A stretch of DNA of 64,000 nucleotides from Balanoglossus misakiensis (lineage: Eukaryota > Animalia > Hemichordata), in the NCBI GenBank assembly GCA_040954595.2, contig CM082576.2, positions 3,818,760-3,882,759 of the forward strand. The letters are read 5' to 3'. Position 1 is the stretch's first letter; every line of letters begins with the position of its first letter. A program made the position numbers and the translations under genes. A model generated the notes under the pieces. The model was not told the origin of the DNA, did not search any database, and worked only from the letters and a program-made list of their open reading frames with translations. Below, piece by piece: positions 40,001 through 51,272 of this stretch.

Positions 40001-42755
40001 TAACAAATATTGAAATTACACTACCATCATTGCTGAAGATTATGGGTGAGGAGAAAGTCCCGCTGAGTCTCAATCTGTCTCTGTCCCTGAGTGCAATGAA
40101 GGAAAAAAAAAACTAGAGCAAGCAGAAACTGATGCACGCGGCTGGCCACCTCAAGGAGACAACATTTCTGACTTTGCCCGGCTTTACAGAACAATGCTCC
40201 GCGCAAGCCTCAGTCTTGTTAGTAGAATGCTAAATGCTCTTTACGAAAAAAAAAAATATATTCGTCAGCCTCTTATAATTTGATGTAGGTTCTCCAATTT
40301 TGCCCAGTGGTGCATGCGGAGAGCAGAGGAAGACAGAGATAATACTTGTCAAAGCCAGCTGACATGGCTGCTTAATGGGAAAGTATATACTACGAGGGAC
40401 ATGAAATAACCTTCCCCGAATAGAACAGGCTGTTTATGACAGCAAGTTTGGGTAATTATTCACTCGATTCTCGGTTTGAATAAAGCAATGAGAAGATGAA
40501 GCTCGTTTAGCCAAGGAGTGCATGTGATTGTGAAGCCAATTAACTCGCTCACTACATTTAATTCTGTCTATACGGCCCCAGCAGGAACAATACCTTAGAA
40601 CTTCTGGTGCAGCTTTGTAAACCCTGGCGCCCGTAGCACAATGCGTCTTCCGCAAGCGTGACTTTGCCTCAGCCAGCTTACTGATTGTCTGCCCCTATTC
40701 TTCGCTATAAATGGCTTTTACCTAATTACACTACCTAATACTATGACACATTACTATACTTGACTGTCCGCTAAATGCCCATTCGGACCACCAAATTAAA
40801 CTGCATTTCCTATCATTACTGGACAGCTTTGCATCTATTTTCCATGCTGCAGAAAAATCAACTTGTATTTAGCAATCCGACGGTTCAACGAGCCCCCGTG
40901 ACACAAACACATATACACATCTCCACCCGAACGGAGGAGGAGAAAAAAAAAACAAGAAAGAAAGAAATTGCCATGCTGTTAGGGGGCAAATTGGAGGGCT
41001 AGACACCAAGCACCCACATTATAATGGGAAAAGCCAAGCTTCCAATTGCTTATTAGGCAGCTTATTAATAAATATTTTCTATACAAAAGCCAAGAGACAA
41101 GCCACTGCATAAAGGCCAAGATGTGCCTTTCTCAATCAATGCTTTGAAAAAAAAAATCAATGGGAAGCTAATATGTTCTTTGGAGACTTTTCAGGCTGGC
41201 ATTTGGTTTGGTGCCCAATCTCCCTCAAATACTTGGCTAAATGAAAAGACGGAAATAGTTGTTTGTTGGTGACTATTGCCTGCTACCTAGAACACAGCTG
41301 TCACTGAATGATACTGTTTGTACACACACAAACCCCAATTCAGTTGGTTTTAAAATTTACCAGCGTATTTTGTTTTGACTACTGAATACAGGGTGTCTAC
41401 AACAGGGCCTGTTGAAAGGTACATGAAAGGCCTATTGTACACACAATTCCCCTTGCAACCCCTTCCCTTCTGTGCTCACCAAGGGAAGGATGATTCATTT
41501 TGTACTTAGCAGTTCTTGTGTTTTTTATCTGATGAACGGCAGTTTGCTCAGAGTCAAATACAACACGCGATACGGCCACGCGAAAACACAGCGGAGAGGG
41601 GGGAAAAAAATCAACAAGCCACCTCCAGTCGTGAAACGCCAGGTAAAAAATTACTTGCGTTCGGAGATAGAGCAGACGAGGGCTTATCACATTCCCTGCA
41701 GAGAAACGTTGGGGGGAAAATTGCTAAGTGCAGTAAAATTAACCAATGGTACAGTGTATGAAGGAAGGAAAGCCACAGCATTTCCCATTATGGGCTACGG
41801 TTCAATCAAGAGCTACAAAAAAAAAAAAATAACTCCCCCATCAACATCTCCCCAGAGATTTTTAGATTCATATGCATAATTTTTGTAGAGCATTATTATA
41901 AAATAGCTTAAAATAAAAGGTCAAAATGGCAAGGCACATACACATAAATAGTTTAGAAAGCATTAAGGCACTAGAGTCGTGAATGGCAAATAGCTAGAAA
42001 GTGAAATCGCAGATTTGTCAGTGAACCCGATTAGAGTTGGTGAGCCGTGGCTGCCTAGCTGGTTTTTGCTAACGTAGATGATGATTGGAAATCACATCCG
42101 TGCAGGAAAAAAAAATTACTAAAAAAATGGGGCACTGCAGGAAAAAAAATGGTTTGACGTGAAAAAAACAATGGCGCTGATGTCTCTCATTGGAGAGTCA
42201 AATTTTTTGAAGTTTGTACTTGAGAACACCCAGCCTCTCTACCACTGCACCTTATCGTGGTATCTCACTTATGGCTGTCAGACAGACAGTCAAAATTAAA
42301 ACAAGCCCTCGGCGAGCTTCATGGCAGAATGCACACATCACAAACACTTTGGTAGGCTCACTTTTTTTATCACATCGATCATCGCTTTATGGCACTAGCT
42401 CCTATCCCCTAATAAAAAGAAACAGTTATATGTATACTGAACCTTCTGTGTACATTTAAAATCACTCCGAACTCCTGAGTAAAATCGAACAGAACACAGA
42501 AACAAAAACTTAAACAAATCAATCAACAAAGGACAAAATTATAGGCTAGGAACGTTGGTTTTGTTTCCTGCTAACGAATTAATTAATAATATTTTAACAT
42601 GTTTGAAAAAAATTTGATTTTTTTTTATACACATGTTTAATTAAAGAATGTGAATGAAAGCTGCCATGACGATGGAGAGGAATGATGTCAAAATTGGCTT
42701 CCGGTCTACATTGCAAGTCATGTTCAAGCAAGACTACTTATACAGGATGAAGTAC

Positions 42756-42920
42756 CTGCTCCGAAGGAAGCGACGATTCCTTGTGGTTATCTGTGGGTAT
42801 GGTTGAGCCTGGCGTCCTCACACCAACACTTTCCCTCTCTTCGATGACAAGATCAATTGGCATTTTTCCTTTAAGACAGTTGATATATCGGTGGCAAAAG
42901 TTATCACAGAGTTCGTGAAC
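42756..42920 (-). CDS. Meis: Meis exon 6 ([30 protein letters not shown]...SEQ)
   Basis: Within ORF 42738..42974. Acceptor ttgcag, donor CAG|GTACTT, 165 nt. End of the HM domain. Confidence 0.95.
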
Positions 42921-44930
42921 CTGCAACAGGACAAACACAAGAGGCACACAAAAAATTAGAACAAGTGATGACAAGAATTAATGTGGAAGGTGAATTCATT
43001 AATTAAAATCTAATCAAATTTTAGAAAAAAATGTTATGGTACACTTTATGAAAATACAGGTGTTTGCAAAAGAAAAAATAACTTTCATATCCATTAACCA
43101 TTAGAAAAATGACAAAAAACGCACATGAATTTAAATGAGAAATGCAATCAAACTTATTGAAATGAAATGGAAGGAAAAGCAAAAGTTTCAGTATGAATGA
43201 GTACAAACGCTTGGGATTAAAGTGAAAAGACTGAACAGCAAAAATACCAGATAAGAGATGAAAATGCACAAATACTGGCTGGATAAATGCATAAACCTTG
43301 TTTGTCAGCCGGGGAAACTGTCAAGAGCCAATTGGCCAGGCCTAGACAGCACTTTTAATTTTGAGCCTTACAAAACATGAAACCCATTCCATTTTCAGAG
43401 ACCTGTGAACTACGACAACCGAGGCAAATTGAGGTTTTAACAAATGGATCAAACTTTGTAAAATGCGGCGATCTGATGGGGACACATCTCCCACAAATCA
43501 CACCGAGTAATCTAGCTCCTGTGTGACACTTAGAAACCAAGTCAATTCCTTGGTGAGTGCCAAAATGTAGCTCAACTTGTCTAGAAATGGCATATTTTGC
43601 AATGAATTGCACCCAGGGAAAAACAAAATTAACCTCAACGTTGAGGTCACAATCCTAAAGTCACTCCAAAGATACAAGCGATCTGTTTCCATTCTGTTTT
43701 TAAACCCATTTCTAAATTAAGTGATGTCACCGATAGATCCAACCGTTCATTTATCTTGAGTCAAAATGGCCAGTTTCCCTCTCGCTAACTCACTCACTCA
43801 CATCAAGGCAACCAATCTCTACCGGAGCCCCGAACTGCGCCGATCGTCTCGTCTCGCGAGCGGTTCGTGACCAGCCACCATATGCTTTGCTGCATTATAC
43901 ATCTGCACTGTCAGCTCGCTTTGTATCGCTGACGTCCTAGTCAGACCACAAGTGACTGCCTCGACGACACATTTCAGCCAAGTGTAATCAAAAACGACAC
44001 TTTCTGCCATTTTGCTTACAAAAAATCTGGACAGCAGATCACCGCACATAAAGGCAGTCCACATAAACGCTGACATCAAGTTTAATTCAATAATAAACAG
44101 AAAAAACAAAGTATAAACTGTCCTCCTGTTGTTAAATTAATAACAGTGAACTGCCCGGTTGACCAACCTTCGACACACAAATCACCACTCCAATCACCAC
44201 CAGGCAAAAGTACTTTTCCTGACATCCTTTTTTTTCTCTCGCCCTCCTCACCTTAAAAATCGTACTTTCACCAGAGACATGCAAAAATGGCAACTAAAAC
44301 AGCCCGCAACAATGACATTCTATGAGTAATAGCCATGAATTTATGTAAATGACCTTCCATGGTACAACCACATGTACGCCTCGCAGTCAGCCAGAGCCCA
44401 CAAAAGTTAGTTACGAAGACCTACCAGTGAAAAAAAAGGGGTGGATATACGAGCAGTAGAGTTGCTTGTCCCGCACCTTGTTGGCTGGAAGAAACTCGAA
44501 CACCGACTAGACCACTGACTAAAGTTTCACCACTTTTCAACTGTCGCTAAGCAAATATACTTGAGCAAATCAAGCAATGATCAATCCATCTTTCGGCCAG
44601 GGTCGTATGCAAATATTTAATTGATTGGTGCCCACCAATCTCCCATCCATCTCAAACAAGGAAAGTTGACGAAAAACAAATAGAAAATCAACAATTTTTC
44701 ACCAAGAAACCAACCCGGTTTCACTGCTACCTGTCAATATCCTCCACTAGCTATGCCCACTTTTTCTCCTCGGACAGGTTGCCTGTCACTCTCCCCTAAG
44801 TCACGTTGTTTGTCACAAGACACGAATGATCGACAGCTTTGGAGAAAGTTCCAAAAGTTGATTAAAGTGAAGGCAGCTCAGCCATGTCACATAAATTATG
44901 TAAACTGACTAGGACAAGAAAAATTATTAC

Positions 44931-44981
44931 CTTTTCAAGTTCTAGAAGATGAAAGCGTAAGACTTGTATTGCTAGGATCAT
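44931..44981 (-). CDS. Meis: Meis exon 5 (MILAIQVLRFHLLELEK)
   Basis: 51 nt, pyrimidine tract plus ttgcag acceptor, AAG|GTAATA donor. Canonical MEIS-B box. Confidence 0.97.
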
Positions 44982-46350
44982 CTGCAAGAGAGAGAAAAAG
45001 AAAAGACAGGGAAAAATCAACAAACTCATTCATTTTATACTTAAAAAATTGTCTTGTTCTGATGACAGTTTTTGCAAAAATGAATAAAGAAAGCCTGGGT
45101 TGTTTACTGATCATTGAAAAACACTTCCTGTTTTACTTTTAGACCACTTGTTCACCTGGGCGATTGGAAGTCATCCAAAACTGTGTCAAAAGTGGAATTC
45201 TGCATTTGTGGCCCACACCCAAAAGTTAACCAGGAAAAAGCATGTTTAGAAAATGATTGATCTTTAAGTAATCACTACAAATGTGGACAGTTATGTGAGA
45301 AGTTAAAAAAATAAATTTCCTGCAAGTTGACAGAAGAACTATGATAGAAGACACTTGGAAATCATGGTACTGCCAAAGACTCGCACAGTTAAATTCAAAA
45401 TGGATTTGCAGAAGTTTCCCTGAAAAATTGATTGGAAGGTATAAGTTTTATGGCTAAAGCTGTGATTTTTTTTTAAATTTAAAAAAATGGACCAAATATA
45501 GGCAAGAATTGTGTAAATCGTGTATTAGTTTTGATTTTGGTGACTTTGAAGACGTTGAACTCAGTGGTAGACAAGACGGGCAATTTGGATGACATATATA
45601 TGACACCAAGACAGACAGAATGACATTTTCATTGTGGTCCAACAACCGGCGAACTGACAGATCACAGATTGCACGGGCAGGGGCTTGCACCTATCACGTA
45701 GACTGATAAATTGTTCTACTGTTTCAGAAGGGATTCCCCGAGCCATTTACACCATCCCAAATTATGCAATCGCCGTTCAAAACAAACTGCGTTTCGTCAG
45801 AACGCAGGCAGGTTGTTCTAGACTTTTTGCCGTTTTTTTTATTGCTAAATATCACTCGCGCCTAACTTTTTGCAATTATGCGTCGAAACTTAGCAGCAGG
45901 GCATTTAGATACACAGTGTCAAATTTATTGTGAGTGGCAATTGCCCGCAAAAAAAATCATTGCGCGTACACTGTGGGTTTTTGAACAACTGTCACTTGCG
46001 TCAAGGTAAACACGGAAAATCTCCTAATGCCCTTTTGATTTTTGTTAATCAGCGAGCTCGGCTCTTTCATCGGTGAAAATAGGTCGCCTTAGGAAAACAA
46101 AAATCAGCCCTTGGTATGAGGCAAAATAAATGACCTGAACGGGTCACCGTGGCGAATTTACAATAATGAATTGGCCATTCCTTCCAATGCGTACGCTTAG
46201 GGACCTTCCGAATGCCCTGTCAACATACAATATTAATTGTTACGCTATCTCTCGTTGGGCGATAAGGGAAAAAAGATATGTAAAACGGCGCATCCATAAA
46301 AACACTGGAGGTGACAGACGAACTGGAGAGGACATAATAATAATACATAC

Positions 46351-46401
46351 CAAACTATCTAGTTCTTGATTTGACGAGAAAAACTGCTTGTCGCCCCTTG
46401 C
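46351..46401 (-). CDS. Meis: Meis exon 4 (ARGDKQFFSSNQELDSL)
   Basis: 51 nt with cag/GTATGT boundaries. Resembles MEIS IRAEKPLFSSNPELDNL. Confidence 0.93.
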
Positions 46402-46957
46402 CTGATGATGAAACGACGGGAAGAGAGGAGAGAAAGAGAGGGAAAAGTGAAAATGTGCTAACAAACGGATCCATCGCAATAACAACAGGGTGACATCGAA
46501 CGTGCATGTGTACTTAGCTAGCGATAGTTATTTTAACAGGAACTGCTTGAAGGAGGGGGGAAACTACGCAGGAACCTGTTAGCAGGAGGCTGTGTATCTT
46601 TCCCACCACGTTGATAACACGGAGCTGTAAAAACACTGCTTTGTTCGAACGTGATTACAAAACTATTCACTCTAATTTGCCCCGTTGGTGAAATCAAAGC
46701 ACTGTACAAATAATTCCAAACACTTTTTGTGGACTTAGATTTTGATACCCGCTCAGTTTACTTACTTCGGCAGCCTCCCTACTGTTTCTCAAAGCGGACT
46801 GGCGGGGATAAGCACAATAAGCTTTGCGTACAACGGTCAGATCGTTTGCACCAACATTTTGATGGTAATTTCGAAATTCTAGACTGTTATTACAGCGTGG
46901 AGCAAATATTTTTCAATAGCGGCGATTCGCACCAGATTGTTAAATAGCTGAAAATCA

Positions 46958-47164
<207 letters not shown>

Positions 47165-47585
47165 TCAACGAGAAATTCTGTAAGCCGTCAAGCATGTAAC
47201 GCTTCGAAAAACACTCCAGCGGCCATGTTGGGAGTAGATGTAAAAATTTTATTTGCTGAATTGATGGGCCAACAGACCCGTTCTTGGCATGATTTACGCC
47301 GGGGAAATATCGCCGTAAAGAGTTAAAAATATGTGCTGGTAGGAGACAGGGTAATAAAACACGTGAAAGCCGTAGCAATCGACGGCTTTAGGGGCTGTGG
47401 GTGTCACGTCACAAAAAATAGGCAGGCCGTTGTTTTGATGCAACACTTGGAGAAACGAGTACACGTGCTGTATACGCGGAACGCTTAACGCTCTCGCCGC
47501 GTCTCATTTCCAGGTTCATATATATGATATTGACGCGGACGCTGTGCGCGCACTCACACGCGGAGAATTTCGGCCTCTTGCTTAC

Positions 47586-47830
47586 CCGTATATCGAATCT
47601 TTGTCTCTTTTGTGAATATCTGTGACTGTTGTGCCCGGTACAACGCCAGTCATCATACTGTGACTGGAGTGGTAGGGTGTGTGATGGCCAACACTGGGCC
47701 CATGACCGTGGTTCAGCTGAGGAACGGCCGGTTGTGTATAGTGTGGCATGGCGGCCCTCGGTGCGTGTGGATTGTATATAGACCCCGTAGTATCGTCCAT
47801 TCCCCCATAGTGCGGTAGGCTGTCTTCGAA
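47586..47830 (-). CDS. Meis: Meis exon 2 (FEDSLPHYGGMD...HKRDKDSIYG)
   Basis: Acceptor ctacag, donor GG|GTAAG, 245 nt (phase 2). LPHYGGMD and KRDKDxIYG are MEIS N-terminal motifs. Confidence 0.95.
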
Positions 47831-48051
47831 CTGTAGGGAAAGCAAGAAAGGACACCGGGTGAGAATTTACCAAAACAAACGCATGACCGAAACGAGACGT
47901 GCATACTCAGTCTGTCTGAGTGACCGGAGACATGCAAAACATATACAGTAGTGATCGCAGCCAGACGTCTGCTAGCTGCAGCGTTCATACACAACCAAGT
48001 AGTATTTCCATTCGAGTTGAAATTCAGAAAGGGAGTGCAAATTAGACGTAC

Positions 48052-48063
48052 CCTCTGAGCCAT
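48052..48063 (-). CDS. Meis: Meis/homothorax coding exon 1 (MAQR)
   Basis: ATG GCT CAG AGG followed by donor GTACGT. A first coding exon of just MAQR is typical of MEIS genes. Phase 0 fits exon 2. Confidence 0.9.
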
Positions 48064-50600
48064 CTGACTTGGCCGATCCCGTTAATCGCCGCTTAAATCG
48101 TGTGTGATTCGCGCCTCAACAACTATACCACTCCACTTGTCTATTCAAGTCCGTCAGTTTGAACAGGCCGGGACTTTCTAAGCTTACAAATGTGTCAGCT
48201 AACAGAAGGAAACCTACGTCGGCCCGTCAACAACAGCCCCTGTAACAAAACTGTCGTGTCTCGTGGCTTTTTGCCATTCAACCTGTCAATCAAACTGAGG
48301 TTGTCATGGCGCAAAATGAGTGATGAGATGTCACCAAGGGGACCAAGAAATCGCGCTAACAGGCTTGCCTCGCACGCTATGATACTACGCTACTGAACGG
48401 GCAGTTGTTCAGTTTTCCTGCCGACTACGACTCAAAGTTTACAATTTCTGAAATCGAAAGTCCGCGGCGAATCCTAAAGTTACGGCGGCGTTCCTCCCCT
48501 TTCCAACTTTAGACTCTCTACTCATTGCCTTTTATTTATATATGGCCTTTGTGGCGCTAACAAAAGGGTTGTATTCCACGGCAGCAAACGGCATAGAATA
48601 TCAAATAAGGGTCGTGCCATTCTTCGTAGTAGGGGATAGCCAAGAAACTTCGAGTTTTCAAAGACTTCTTTTGTGGGCCTGAGTGGAGGGTCGAAATACC
48701 ACGGGCCGGTGAATGAAAACGCGCAGGAATCGCTACAGTAATGTTTATGTCCGTACAAAAGAGAAGAGTGTCGTGAATTAGACGAGCAAATTTCGAGCGT
48801 TTGTGAAATTACACGCTCTACATCATAGCGCATAGTGCCGAGCTGTGGGTACGTTTGTCGAACACAATTTTGATATAAATTTCAAGTGCTTTAAATATAC
48901 TCACATACATATCGCGTTATCACCATGTATTCATACCATTTATCTATCAAACGCTGACGCAGCTGCGAGCATTTTCTCCTTTCGACACGTTACCAACGAT
49001 GGGCTTGTCCACCCCTCTGTCACAGAGGATAGGCGAAAGAATGTAAAGCACGGCTAATCAGCCCGCCCCGTCTAGCAGGCATCCACTATTAATCAAAACT
49101 AACCAATGAAAACGCGACGAAATCATGCGAATGACAATCCTTGCAAGCACTCAATTAGGTATTGTTTTCAAAATGGTCATTAATCATCGTATAGCCGAGC
49201 AAACAATGGGCGGGGATATTAACACACATCTAGAAAAGTGATTGCATTAGGCCACGCTGAGGGCATCTGCTTAAAAACCAGACGCATATCGACATTACTG
49301 TGCCGAGTCAAAAACCAACTCAACATAAAAAGTAGCGCGTAAAACAAACGCGCTGGTGATCAACAAATTGACAGATAATATTTGCCGTGCATGCTGTAGG
49401 ATTGCAGGCAAGTCAGCCCGTCCCGCTACGCTCACATTCGGCGATGGGATATACGATTTGATGTTCTTTTGTTATTATCACCGGAATAAAAGCAAAATGA
49501 CAGCTGTAACAACGATTTGCCGTATATTCCGACGACGACATCGTTCCCGTTTTCAGACGACAATGATAAGTAATTAAATCACACATTGACGAAATGTAAA
49601 AATTTAATGGAACGAACTGTCATGTTCTCTCTCTCCCTCTCTCTCTCTATATATATCTCTCCCTCTCTCTCGACCTATTTCCAACGACCTTCCGCGCAAG
49701 ATAATTCTTCATTTTAATACCTGTAATAGATATATACCACCCTCGCGCCACGAAACTTCCGACCTCATCGCCCCGCAACAGAGCTATGCTAGCAGGCGCC
49801 AAACCAAGCAGGTCAGCGTGCATGCACATATTTGGCAAGAAGTCTGGTATTTGCAACTTGGAGAATATCAAAGTTTTATGTACACAGTGCGATGGTAAAC
49901 TCAAACATTGTCTTGCAGTGGTGTTTGCATTCTGGACCTATACGGACACCGACCTGTTTACTCATAGGTGGCCACAGCAAATATGCGAGAAACCACACTT
50001 TTCGAGGTCCGTTTCGATTCAAGGGCGTGCTGCGACTCTTGCTTTTTATCTAAAGTCGGGTCTGGTGCTGAAATAATACGGATTTACTCGTTTGCAAGAT
50101 TGAGAAAATCATAAACTTGTGGATTAGGTGGTTTTTACCCAAGTGATATTTACAATTGTGTGAACGGTTTACCGAACTCTAGGCACGTCGGTCGGTATCC
50201 GATGATTTACCAACTAAAAATGGGGATTTCGTCGGCCCGTCAGTTGGAGTATCTGTGGATATCGTTTACTAAAAATAAACCCTGCATAAGCTAAAGATAA
50301 ACTCATTTGCATTTCGACAGTTTACTGACAGACAATATAATGAAGTGCGACGTCGATGAATATGCAAGCGGTGCGGGTAGGGTGGTACTCCGCATGTCGC
50401 GTCGCCTCGGTCGCGCACCGAGTGCAACTGAGGACACGGCAGCGCCCTCACTATTTACCCGGCATCCATGCCCGGCATCTTGTAACCACTAGGGGGCTCT
50501 GTAACTTATTCATGACTCCTCATAGAGACGGAGAGATTTCCTTGGCAGAATATTATCGTTCGTTCAAGAAAGTGGTGGCGCTCACACGTCTTGTTTAAAA
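48064..50600 (-). promoter_or_regulatory. CpG-enriched Meis 5'UTR/promoter region
   Basis: CpG density is visibly higher from ~45700 to 50600 than in the large introns. Contains TGATTGACAG (48283-48292), GC boxes (~49062, ~49208) and CCAAT. The TSS cannot be located from sequence. Confidence 0.6.
49626..49671. repeat. (CT)n(AT)n(CT)n tract upstream of Meis
   Basis: Directly visible. Confidence 0.9.
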
Positions 50601-50859
50601 GTAAAGAAATCGTAGAAAACTGTAGACATGAGCGGGACTTATTGCATTCTTTAAAATCATAATACTACCAATCGCTCATAAAAAAACACCACATTTCGGA
50701 GTATCCATTACAATTAATGTAAACTTTATTATATTTCACAGTTGTAACAAAAAGTTCAGACTGTCAACAAATATCATAAAAATAAATCTACAAATAAATT
50801 CTTTCATATGTAAACAAAGCTTTGAAATTTCTAGTAAGAATTGAATGCATGCGTGTTAA

Positions 50860-51272
50860 GGATGTACGTTCAGTAAAATTGAAAGTATTGTCATTTTTTT
50901 TAATTGTTGATTTTTGGATTCTCCTTTGTATGTATAATGAAAATCCGTAATAAAATATAGGGGTCACCGCGCTTGTTTTTGAAATACAGAGCCTTGAATT
51001 TAGTCGATAATAGAAGAAAACTGCTGACTCAGCATTTTTCACCAATGGTTTGTCTATGGGCAACATTTTTGACGCAATTTATCTCAAAATAGAGCGCGGT
51101 GACCCCTATATTTTATTTGACCAATGAATTTATATTTGCTGGACTGAGCTATGTGTAAAATTTTGTGAAAATGACAATAGTAGAAGTTTGTTTTCTGGCA
51201 ATTTTCAATGTAATCCTATGGGAAAAAGACCGGGCGCGCACTGTTTCCGGTTTATGTTCTGCGCGTACATCC
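50860..51272. mobile_element. Non-autonomous DNA transposon (MITE), TTAA-flanked, Kolobok-like
   Basis: TTAA(50856-59)-GGATGTACG ... CGTACATCC-TTAA(51273-76). Perfect internal 25-bp inverted repeat AATAAAATATAGGGGTCACCGCGCT (50949-50973 / 51093-51117). No coding capacity. A TTAA target with RR..YY ends is the Kolobok pattern. Confidence 0.8.
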
